Source: an uncultured bacterium (GTDB taxonomy: Bacteria; Zixibacteria; MSB-5A5; CAIYYT01). From it: a stretch of 64,000 nucleotides of DNA. The notes beneath the pieces are model-generated. The model ran no database searches. It saw nothing but the letters and a program-made list of their open reading frames with translations, and had not been told where the DNA came from. Location: NCBI GenBank assembly GCA_963726455.1, contig CAVSCK010000004.1:192001-256000 (forward strand). Reading direction: 5' to 3'. Below are positions 1-8,434 of this stretch, piece after piece; position 1 is the stretch's first letter; the number at the start of each line of letters is the position of its first letter. The position numbers were made by a program, and so were the translations under genes.

Positions 1-2
1 TA

Positions 3-263
3 CTGACCTTTATAGACTTGGTGAATGCCGGGAGCAATACTTATGACCCGGGCGATTCGATAGTTCACCACGACAGTCTGGAAGCCCCGGTGAGCTATTT
101 CGGCACGACATTTACGGGCCAGACGGTGGTATTTCAGCCGGACGGCACGGCCTCGGCCGGCGGTTATGTGGTGGCGCACGGGTATCTGGGCACTGTAACA
201 CGCTCATACACTGTGGCGGTGACGGGTGGTAGCGGCCGGGTCAGGTTGGATTTCTATAACTAG
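3..263 (+). CDS. C-terminal part of a FimT/GspH-like minor (pseudo)pilin, truncated at window edge
   Basis: Frame open from base 3; VVFQPDGTASAGG...VAVTGGSGRVRL resembles the GspH/FimT C-terminus; lies upstream of pilM. Confidence 0.6.
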   Translation: MTFIDLVNAGSNTYDPGDSIVHHDSLEAPVSYFGTTFTGQTVVFQPDGTASAGGYVVAHGYLGTVTRSYTVAVTGGSGRVRLDFYN

Positions 264-280
264 GCATGCGCGCCGATGTA

Positions 281-374
281 GCTGCGTGACTGCCATCCCC
301 TCCCTCAAGTAGCCGAGCGGGTTTCGTTATGAACCGCTCCCTGGCGGGCCGGTCTCCGGCCCGCCACTTTTTTT
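281..374 (+). ncRNA. Candidate structured small RNA or 3' UTR with three hairpins
   Basis: Stem 281-289/305-313 with a loop containing CCCCTCCC; stem 315-320/334-339; terminator stem 342-352/356-366 plus T7. Confidence 0.35.
342..374 (+). terminator. Intrinsic terminator
   Basis: TGGCGGGCCGG-TCT-CCGGCCCGCCA perfect 11-bp stem followed by CTTTTTTT. Confidence 0.9.
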
Positions 375-515
375 CCTGAGCAGCTAATTTTTTGAGCAGC
401 CGCCGACGATAATAAAACTGACATAAAGGACTTAACACTTATGGGTATCGCGCAAAATGCAAGGTTTTGCGCCTGATCGGTTTGAAATAGACACAAACTA
501 ACATAAAGGTAGACT

Positions 516-1568
516 ATGCTGTTTGGACAAGGAAGCAAGACGACCATCGGCCTCGATATTGGCGCCTCATCGGTTAAGTGCGTCAAGTTGGAGCGCCGCG
601 GAGGTTCCTATGCGCTTCTGGCAATGGAGATGCGTGATCTCCCCCCGGAAGCGATCGTTTCCGACGAGATCAAGGATCGCGACACCATCATTTTCAACAT
701 TCAGTCGGTAATGGACGCCTGTGATCCCCGTGCGAAAGATGTCGTCGTTTCCGTATCAGGGCATGGTGTGATCACCGACAAAATCACGCTGGACCGGAAG
801 ACGGGTCCGGAGGCGGAGCAGGCCATTCTGTTCGAAGCGGAGCAGCGGGCGCCCTATGACATCGAGGACGTCACCATGGATTATCACATCATCAACTCGG
901 ATGAAGTGAACAACAAGATGGACGTGCTGCTGGTGGCTGCCCGCAAAGATTTCCTCAAGAGTTACCTCGATTTGATCGCGGACGCCAACCTGCGTCCGGT
1001 GATCGTAGACACCGATGCCTTTGCCGTTCTCAACGCCTACGAAATCAACTACGACATTCACCCGGAACGCGTGACGGCACTGGTCAACATCGGCTACGAC
1101 AACACGAACGTCGTGTTCATCAAGGACGGGCTGTTCCATTCGACGCGTGACGTGGCCGCCGGCGGACGAATCATTTTCGACACGATCCAGAAGGAATTCC
1201 GTCTGAACCAGGAATTGACGATGAAGGCGATCAAGGGGGAGATGGAGTCGAGCATCGACCAGGATATGCTCAAGGCGACGATTGTGTCATCGGCGGAAGA
1301 GCTGATCTCGGGACTGGAAGTGGCGTTTTCATATTTCCGGTCGCTGGCCAAGGCAGAGAAGATTGACTGGGTGGTGTTGTCGGGTGGCGGCGCGCTGATG
1401 CCGTACCTGCCGGAGTTCCTGCAATCAAAGTTGAATATCCCGATCGAGATCGCAAATCCACTTCGCAACATAGAATACGATCCTGATCTCTTTGCATCCG
1501 TGCAACCGGAGCGAATCGCGCCGCTTCTAGCCGTGCCGATCGGACTGGCAGCGAGAAAGGTGCAATAG
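516..1568 (+). CDS. pilM: Type IV pilus assembly protein PilM (actin-like)
   Basis: IGLDIGASSVK and LSGGGA actin-fold motifs, PLLAVPIGLA C-terminus, first gene of an MNOPQ cluster. Confidence 0.95.
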   Translation: MLFGQGSKTTIGLDIGASSVKCVKLERRGGSYALLAMEMRDLPPEAIVSDEIKDRDTIIFNIQSVMDACDPRAKDVVVSVSGHGVITDKITLDRKTGPEAEQAILFEAEQRAPYDIEDVTMDYHIINSDEVNNKMDVLLVAARKDFLKSYLDLIADANLRPVIVDTDAFAVLNAYEINYDIHPERVTALVNIGYDNTNVVFIKDGLFHSTRDVAAGGRIIFDTIQKEFRLNQELTMKAIKGEMESSIDQDMLKATIVSSAEELISGLEVAFSYFRSLAKAEKIDWVVLSGGGALMPYLPEFLQSKLNIPIEIANPLRNIEYDPDLFASVQPERIAPLLAVPIGLAARKVQ

Positions 1569-1570
1569 CC

Positions 1571-2380
1571 ATGATAGAGATTAATCTACTCCCAAAGGAA
1601 TACAAGAAGCGATCCAATGTCCTGAGCTTCGACAAGAAAGTGCTCTACATTGGAATCGCGGCTGCGGCGCTGGTAGTGGTGATGGGTGGGCTGACGTTTT
1701 ACCAGAGCACGCAGGTGTCCAAGCTCAATCGACTGATAACGAAGGCGAGAATGGAGGAGAACCGCTACAAGAAGGACATCGCCGTAATCGACGCCCTCAC
1801 AGAGGTCAAGGCCAAGATTCTCGCCCGGGTTGAAGCGATTGAGAGACTCGACCACCGCAGAACATTTTACATCAGCATGATGGAAGATCTGAATTCGCGG
1901 ATGCCGGAATTTCTATGGATGACGACATTCAACGAAATGCCGGCCGGCAGCGAGCCGCAGACATTGACCAAACCCGGCAGCAAATCACAGCCGGGCATGG
2001 CGCAGAAGGCGGCATCGGCGATGGCCACCAAAGCAGGTTTGCAGCAGGACTCAACCAGTGCCGACCCTACGACAGTTAACCTGGGTTCAGCCCAGATCGA
2101 GGGGTATGCGTTTAGTCTCAACTCCATCAGCTCATTCATTCTCGGCTTGATGAAGTCGGACTTCTTCAAGAACGTTAAACTAAATCGTGCCACGGCAGAA
2201 GACGTGGGATCGGTAACCGCCTACAATTTCCGACTCTCGTGCGACATCAACTACGATGCGAATCTGATCCAGGAAAATCCCAGCGATACTGAAGAGGGGA
2301 TGCAGATCGGAAGCACGCACGGGCTGGATGACGGGCAAGGTTACGATGAAGATGGATTCAACGACTATCAAGGGCAATAG
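1571..2380 (+). CDS. pilN: Type IV pilus assembly protein PilN
   Basis: N-terminal INLLP PilM-binding motif, single TM, coiled coil, IEGYA motif; low-complexity insert and acidic tail. Confidence 0.9.
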   Translation: MIEINLLPKEYKKRSNVLSFDKKVLYIGIAAAALVVVMGGLTFYQSTQVSKLNRLITKARMEENRYKKDIAVIDALTEVKAKILARVEAIERLDHRRTFYISMMEDLNSRMPEFLWMTTFNEMPAGSEPQTLTKPGSKSQPGMAQKAASAMATKAGLQQDSTSADPTTVNLGSAQIEGYAFSLNSISSFILGLMKSDFFKNVKLNRATAEDVGSVTAYNFRLSCDINYDANLIQENPSDTEEGMQIGSTHGLDDGQGYDEDGFNDYQGQ

Positions 2381-2414
2381 CTCTAATAACGAAGAGTGAG
2401 AGCCGGAGGCAGAA

Positions 2415-3062
2415 ATGGATTTTAGAGACCCAAAGACACAGAGACTTCTGCTGGTGGCGCTTGGATTCATAGCGGTTGTCTATTTCTGGCAATCGAAGAT
2501 ATACAATCCGCGCAGTCAGCGACTGAGTACGGCGCGCGCCAGTTACGAATCGATTATGACCAATTTGAAGACAATCGAGATGAAGGCAAAGTCACTGGCG
2601 GGTTTGCGTCAGGAATACGAAAGATTACTTGACCGCTACCAGAGCATCGAGCAGTTGCTGCCCGAAGAGGAGCAGGTGCCCGATTTCTTGTTGCAACTGA
2701 ATTCGGCCTCGATGCTGTCGCAGGCACAAGTGACCGAAGTGTTGCCCCAGGTGGCGGGAGGCGAGGCGTTCTACAACACCTCGGAATACAACATCAAGTT
2801 CTTAGGCACCTATCACGAACTGGGACGGTTTATGGCGGCGGTCGCCAATTTCCCGTTTATCACCAACGTTTCGCGCCTGAATCTGAAAGGATTACCACCC
2901 GAAGTGGCCCTGCAGAAGAACGTGAACGAGCGAAAGACGGCCGGAGACTACGACGCCAAGTCACTGGAAGCGACATTCACTTTGTCGACCTACTACGTGA
3001 AGCCGGAAGAAAAATTGAAAGGCGTCCAGTTTGCCGGAGAGGAGTCGGGCCATGAAAACTAG
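2415..3062 (+). CDS. pilO: Type IV pilus assembly protein PilO
   Basis: TM + coiled coil + LLPEEEQVPDFL and GTYHELGRF PilO motifs; GGAGG SD. Confidence 0.9.
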   Translation: MDFRDPKTQRLLLVALGFIAVVYFWQSKIYNPRSQRLSTARASYESIMTNLKTIEMKAKSLAGLRQEYERLLDRYQSIEQLLPEEEQVPDFLLQLNSASMLSQAQVTEVLPQVAGGEAFYNTSEYNIKFLGTYHELGRFMAAVANFPFITNVSRLNLKGLPPEVALQKNVNERKTAGDYDAKSLEATFTLSTYYVKPEEKLKGVQFAGEESGHEN

Positions 3063-4845
3063 ACTCGCTCTACTTACGCTGGCGATTTGCGGCATGTTCA
3101 TAAGCGGAACTGCAGGAGCCGTGAAGGTCACCGACGTGGTGATGCAGAAGAGCTCTCAGTTCACGGAAGTCAAGATCGTCTGCGACGCGCCGACCGAGTT
3201 TACACATCAGATCGTGGAAGCGGCGGCCAACAAGCCATATCGGATTGTAGTCGATGTGAAGAACGCCGTGCCGGCACTGCCGGTAACATCGTTCCGCAAC
3301 CTGCCGTCGAGTTCGATCAAGCAGATTCGTACCAGCCAGTTTTCGGTTGATCCCGAGAAGGTGGTAAGGATCGTGTTTGATGTCACGGGGGCGTTGACTT
3401 ACAAGGTCATCGGTAACGGCAATACGTTTACTCTGCAAATCAATACTCCGAATGACAAGGATTTCACGAAATGGTCGGCAACGAGCAGCGACAAGCCGAC
3501 CGTGACTGCCTCAACCAAGCCAGAGGCAGCATCGAAGCCGGCGACTGTGGCGAAGACGACGACGCCAAAGACAGAAGTCGCGAAGACCGAAGCGCCCAAA
3601 GCAATGCCGGCAAGTCCTGATAAAATAACGGCTCAGGACAAGTCCGCGGCCGTTACGACCGACAAGAAAGACACCAAGGTAGCTGTCAAGCCGATTGATG
3701 AATCGAAGCTGCTGACGAAGGTAAACAAGTCCGCGACGCCGGCAAACGCTTCGACGTCCGGCACGCCGCCAACGACAACTCCGCAAGTAGCCAAGGAGAC
3801 GAAGGCGACAACCAAGACGAATCCGACTACGAAAGTGGCCGGCACGTCGACGACAACGACAAGTGCCAAGCCGGCAACAACTGTTGCGGACGCGACGGTT
3901 ACGGATAAACAGGTTGTCAAACAAGACAAGACGGCAAAGACGGAAGTGAAGACGACTGTCCCGACCACGCCGGGAACCGAAACGGCTGCCGGCAAGCGCG
4001 CCGACTCGGTAACGCTGCCGCAGGTTAAGCCAACTCAAGGTGCGCCGACAGGTGAGCCGATTGATATGGCGAAGCCGCCGAAAGTTCAGAAGACGGCATT
4101 TCCGGAAACCAAGGTTGTGAAGACGCCGAAGTATACGGAATCACCGGAGGCAACGAATGCAATGACCGGCAAGATTGCGACCGCGACAAAGGGAGATACG
4201 TCAACCCCGACGGCGGAAGCCGGCAAATCCGGCACGGATAGCTCGGCGCAGGGCACGACGCTTTCCAAGAGCGAGTCCGTGCGCCAGCGTTACCAGGCCA
4301 ACCGCGACCGCGTTCAGCCGACAGATGATTCTGAAAGCGACAGCGCGTTGATGGCTGCGGAGCCGGAGAAACCGCTGTCGGCTATTGACAAGATTCGGGC
4401 GAAGTACAAACGCGGTATTCGTTTCCAGCAGAACGAAGGGGATAACCAGCAGTACGCGACCGATACCGAGTCGACGGACGAATCGTCGGCGCCTGCGAAT
4501 AATGTGGGCCCCTACAACGAATTCCTGCCGGAACGCGCCATTGTGGTCTATCAGACTCAAGAACGGCCTGATCCGTTCATGCCGCTGGTTGAGGAAGCAA
4601 CGACCAACGCCAAGTATGGTGAGTTGCCGGATGTGGAAACGCTGCGCCTGGTCGGCATTCTGCAGGACAAGAAAGCGAGCCGGGCCCTGTTCCAGGACTA
4701 CAACGGCTATTCATACAATCTGAAGACCGGCGACCGTGTGAAGAACGGATTCGTGCTTTCGATCGAGGAAACACGCGTGATGTTCCAGATACGCCAATAT
4801 GGCTGGAACCGGCAAGTGGCGATCGATATGGAGACAGAAAATTAG
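3052..4845 (+). CDS. pilP: AMIN domain - long Thr/Lys/Ala/Pro linker - PilP-like domain fusion
   Basis: Signal peptide; AMIN-like PYRIVVDV...IRTSQF...VVRIVFDV; low-complexity centre; C-terminal RPDPF...LRLVGIL...KTGDRV PilP fold; sits between pilO and pilQ. Confidence 0.75.
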   Translation: MKTRLALLTLAICGMFISGTAGAVKVTDVVMQKSSQFTEVKIVCDAPTEFTHQIVEAAANKPYRIVVDVKNAVPALPVTSFRNLPSSSIKQIRTSQFSVDPEKVVRIVFDVTGALTYKVIGNGNTFTLQINTPNDKDFTKWSATSSDKPTVTASTKPEAASKPATVAKTTTPKTEVAKTEAPKAMPASPDKITAQDKSAAVTTDKKDTKVAVKPIDESKLLTKVNKSATPANASTSGTPPTTTPQVAKETKATTKTNPTTKVAGTSTTTTSAKPATTVADATVTDKQVVKQDKTAKTEVKTTVPTTPGTETAAGKRADSVTLPQVKPTQGAPTGEPIDMAKPPKVQKTAFPETKVVKTPKYTESPEATNAMTGKIATATKGDTSTPTAEAGKSGTDSSAQGTTLSKSESVRQRYQANRDRVQPTDDSESDSALMAAEPEKPLSAIDKIRAKYKRGIRFQQNEGDNQQYATDTESTDESSAPANNVGPYNEFLPERAIVVYQTQERPDPFMPLVEEATTNAKYGELPDVETLRLVGILQDKKASRALFQDYNGYSYNLKTGDRVKNGFVLSIEETRVMFQIRQYGWNRQVAIDMETEN

Positions 4846-4870
4846 TGCTATCGATAGAAGAGAGGTAGTG

Positions 4871-6178
4871 ATGTTACTTAAGACATTAAAATCCAGCATG
4901 AAGGTATTGGCAGTGTTGCTACTGCTGGTTCTCCTGGCGTCGCCAACTTTGCAGGCGCAGGGAGACCCGAACGCGCCGATCAAGAATCTCAGTTTCCAAA
5001 ACGCCGAGATTCGTACGGTACTGGGGTTTTTGGCGGACTACGGACAAGTCAACATTGTGACTTCGCCGGAGGTGCAGGGCAATGTGACGTTCAGTTTGAA
5101 AAACGTCACCTGGCGCCAGGCGCTGGATATCATTTGCAAGACCTATGCCTTAACGGCGGTCGAGGAAGCCGGCTATTTCCGGGTAACTCCGACCAAGACG
5201 TATCTCGATGAGGTATCCACGCTGGAGAAACACAAATTCGACAAAGAAAAGATGGTCGAGTTGAACACGGCCGTGATGAAGATTGACAACGCGTCGGCGG
5301 ATGAACTGGTCAAGACCGTGACGCCGTTGTTGTCGGAACGCGGCAAAGTTCAGACCGACAAGCGGACGAACAATCTGATCATCCGCGATGTGCCGACCAA
5401 TATCGACAAGATCGAGAAGCTGATTGCCGATCTGGATAAGCCGACAAGACAGATCAAAATCTCGGCGCAGATGGTGGAAGTTTCGACTACAGATATGCAG
5501 GAATGGGGAGTGAACTGGGCGTCGGGCGGACACGGAACCCGAAACGGCAAATCATGGTCGGACAGTATTACAATAACTCCGGGAGACGTGGCCAATCCGG
5601 CCGGAACCGGCACATTTAAGTTTGCCAACCTGCCGAAGCAGTTCAACATTTCGGCAACGATTCAGGCGCTGGTCTCTAACGGCAAGGGCAAGGTGGTGGC
5701 GCATCCGGAGATTACGACGGTTGACAATAAGGAAGCGCGCATCCAGATGGGACAGCGCATCCCGATCAAGCAATTCGACCAATCGGGCAACGTCGTGATC
5801 ACTTTCGAAGAAGTAGGATCATTGCTGAGCGTGACGCCGCACATTACATCTGAGAATCGCATTCTCATGGCGTTAAAGCCGGAACGGAGTTCATACTCCT
5901 TCGATCCCAACGGTGTGATTATCAACACCAGCAACGCCGAGACCAACGTGGTAGTGGAAAACGGCCAGACGGCGGTCATCGGCGGACTCACGACTCAGGA
6001 TGTATTGAATAATCGTACGGGCATTCCCGTGCTTAAGGACATTCCGGTGCTGGGATATCTTTTCAGCTACTCGCAAAAGTCAGTGCAAAGCCGCGATCTC
6101 GTGATTTTCGTGACGCCGACAATCGTTGAAGGCAATCTTGCCAATCAGCGTCAACCCGAGACCCAGGAAAAGCAGTAA
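4871..6178 (+). CDS. pilQ: Type IV pilus secretin PilQ (short, no AMIN domains)
   Basis: STN/N domains (LSFQNAEIRTVL, DKRTNNLII) and secretin core (GIPVLKDIPVLGYLF, LVIFVTPTIV). Confidence 0.92.
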   Translation: MLLKTLKSSMKVLAVLLLLVLLASPTLQAQGDPNAPIKNLSFQNAEIRTVLGFLADYGQVNIVTSPEVQGNVTFSLKNVTWRQALDIICKTYALTAVEEAGYFRVTPTKTYLDEVSTLEKHKFDKEKMVELNTAVMKIDNASADELVKTVTPLLSERGKVQTDKRTNNLIIRDVPTNIDKIEKLIADLDKPTRQIKISAQMVEVSTTDMQEWGVNWASGGHGTRNGKSWSDSITITPGDVANPAGTGTFKFANLPKQFNISATIQALVSNGKGKVVAHPEITTVDNKEARIQMGQRIPIKQFDQSGNVVITFEEVGSLLSVTPHITSENRILMALKPERSSYSFDPNGVIINTSNAETNVVVENGQTAVIGGLTTQDVLNNRTGIPVLKDIPVLGYLFSYSQKSVQSRDLVIFVTPTIVEGNLANQRQPETQEKQ

Positions 6179-6228
6179 AGAGGCGGATGATGCGGAACAG
6201 CGGAAAAATTCAGAAGAAGGAGTCTGCC

Positions 6229-8328
6229 GTGTACAAGACTGCACTTTTGCGAAAGAGATTCGCCTCGCTGGCTATCGCAACAGCGCTCCTGTTGAGCGGC
6301 GCATTGATCGGTGGCTGCGGTGACGACGGCACCTCGAGTGGCGGGGCCGCCCAGGTAATACTACTCAAGTCGACACCGTCCGGACAGGTCAACCGTGGCT
6401 CGACGGCGTTGGTTGAGGCGAAAGTTATTGATAACGGGGGAAATGCGGTTTCCGGACAAAGGGTAACCTTTACGGTGAGACCGACGTCCCTGGGGTATTT
6501 TACTCCGGTGTCGGACACGACAGCGCAGGACGGCACGGTTGGGTCGATCTTTACGGCGACGTCAACCGGTACAGCCACAATTCAGGCGACGGCAGGCACT
6601 TCGGTGCTGACGGCGACTTTGGAAATCAACGACAACACCAACAGTTCAGGTAATATCACCGTCACGGTGACGCCGCTGTTGATGACTGCCGGCAGCAGTG
6701 ATTCGGCGAACGTGGCGATAACCGCCAATCGCAGAGATGGCACGCCGGTGGCTGATGGAACGATCATTTACCTGGTAGCCGGAGAGCGGTTCCAGGATAT
6801 GGATAGTGACGGTTATTTCACCGAGGGCTATGACAGTCTGATGTATGACGCCAACGCCAACAACAAGTGGGATCCGATTGGCACGATTCCATCAACTGCG
6901 ACGACTATCGGCGGAAACGCGTCAGTCTATTACAAGGCAGGTAACCAGGCCACGACGGTATATATCAGGGCGACATTCTCCGACAGCGGCCGAGTGAGCT
7001 ACGCTGAGGTATCAGCGAAACTAAATCCGAATACAACCGTGGCGTCGATAACACTGACGCATAACGGCGAAGACTTGCGCGTAAAGGGCGTCGGTGGTAT
7101 CGAATTCGCCAGGGTATTGGCAACGGCCTACGACGAGTACGGCAATACGGTTCCCGAAGGAATTCCGATCCAATTTACGATTGCAAACGGACCGGGTGGT
7201 GGCGAGAATATTCAGGGTGAAGGGTATGGCCCGGTAGAAGTAAGTACCAACAGCGCCGGCCAGGCATCAGTCACGGTCTATTCCGGAACCATTTCCGGTA
7301 CGATCCGCGTGCGGGCGACATCCGCAACGGTGCTCTCAGCGGCCACGCAACTAGTGGTTAATGCAGGTCCGCCGTTCAAAGTTCGCGTAGGAGCAGAATA
7401 CTGCAATCTGCGCAGTTTTGATTACATCAACGAACGTAACCCGGTCGTAGCAGTCGTTTGTGACGTGTATACGAATCCGGTTCCCGATTCGACCACGGTA
7501 TATTTCTCGTGCAGTGAAGGATGTATGGAGGCCTACGGCCTGACCGGTGTGCCGCCGAACGAGGCCGGTACCGTGCATGTGGAGTGGATTTCCTGCGACC
7601 ATATCAACGGACGGGTCTGGCTCTATGCCGAGACCGGAGGCGGAACGGTACGCGATTCGTCCCTGTTTATCAGTTCGGGCCCGTCGGTCTATGTAAGTGT
7701 TGATGAGTACCCGAGCACGCTGTATGCGTCGAGCGATGAAATCGGCAGAGTGGTGGTATCAGTGCGTGACATCAATCACAATTTCGTTGCGGCCAACACT
7801 CCGATTGCTATTGAGGCGGATTTCGGCGCAATCGGCGGCGGTAATACCGTTGACGGTTGCTACACTTCGCTAATTGAAACGAAGTACTTTGCCTCACCGC
7901 TCAAGAAGGATTACTCGTGGACGACTCCTGATGACGGCATCGGCGCAGTTTCGAATGTCCGGGTAGTTGCCGGTGGCATGGGCGGCGCAAGTGCCGGTTT
8001 CACGACATTGTTCCTGACGACCGACACGTATTTCAAGAATTGCAACGTTGATATCGAGCCGGAAATGGAGCCGGGTACCCTGGCGCCGTTCTCGATTACG
8101 GTCAAGGACCGCGCCGGCAATCCGCTGGGCGGACATCAGTTGTCAGTATTCCCGAACGGTGGTACCGTAACGGGTACTAACTATATCACGAATGAATACG
8201 GCGAAGTCAACCTGTTCTACCAGGCACCCGGAGCCGAGGGAACGTACCTGATTACGGTTACCGACCTGGATCCGCGTGGCGCCGTTAGTTTCGCCAAGAA
8301 GGTTAAGGTCAAAACCGCGAGTTTGTAA
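6229..8328 (+). CDS. Invasin/intimin-like bacterial Ig-repeat lipoprotein
   Basis: Lipobox LIGGC; repeated Ig-like motifs (VIDNGGNAVSGQRVTF, AYDEYGNTVPEGIPIQF, VKDRAGNPLGG); DMDSDG Ca-binding-like motif; GTG start after AAGGAG. Confidence 0.7.
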   Translation: MYKTALLRKRFASLAIATALLLSGALIGGCGDDGTSSGGAAQVILLKSTPSGQVNRGSTALVEAKVIDNGGNAVSGQRVTFTVRPTSLGYFTPVSDTTAQDGTVGSIFTATSTGTATIQATAGTSVLTATLEINDNTNSSGNITVTVTPLLMTAGSSDSANVAITANRRDGTPVADGTIIYLVAGERFQDMDSDGYFTEGYDSLMYDANANNKWDPIGTIPSTATTIGGNASVYYKAGNQATTVYIRATFSDSGRVSYAEVSAKLNPNTTVASITLTHNGEDLRVKGVGGIEFARVLATAYDEYGNTVPEGIPIQFTIANGPGGGENIQGEGYGPVEVSTNSAGQASVTVYSGTISGTIRVRATSATVLSAATQLVVNAGPPFKVRVGAEYCNLRSFDYINERNPVVAVVCDVYTNPVPDSTTVYFSCSEGCMEAYGLTGVPPNEAGTVHVEWISCDHINGRVWLYAETGGGTVRDSSLFISSGPSVYVSVDEYPSTLYASSDEIGRVVVSVRDINHNFVAANTPIAIEADFGAIGGGNTVDGCYTSLIETKYFASPLKKDYSWTTPDDGIGAVSNVRVVAGGMGGASAGFTTLFLTTDTYFKNCNVDIEPEMEPGTLAPFSITVKDRAGNPLGGHQLSVFPNGGTVTGTNYITNEYGEVNLFYQAPGAEGTYLITVTDLDPRGAVSFAKKVKVKTASL

Positions 8329-8353
8329 TTCGCTTTCGCTAAGTCCTGTCTGT

Positions 8354-8389
8354 GGGGGTCCCTGTGCAAACGGGGGCCTCCTTTTTTTT
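8354..8389 (+). terminator. Intrinsic terminator closing the pil operon
   Basis: GGGGGTCCCTGT-GCAA-ACGGGGGCCTCC stem (with G-U pairs) plus T8. Confidence 0.85.
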
Positions 8390-8399
8390 CGCAAACGTT

Positions 8400-8427
8400 T
8401 TGCGTGATGAATCGAAGGACGTATAAT
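8400..8427 (+). promoter_or_regulatory. Sigma70-like promoter, probably leaderless transcript
   Basis: TTGCGT-N16-TATAAT, 7 nt before GTG, no SD. Confidence 0.6.
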
Positions 8428-8434
8428 AACACCA

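Noticed and set aside
3480-4300. Tandem DNA repeats or antisense genes in the PilP linker
   Set aside because: Low complexity at protein level only; no exact repeat unit seen, and antisense ORFs reflect codon bias
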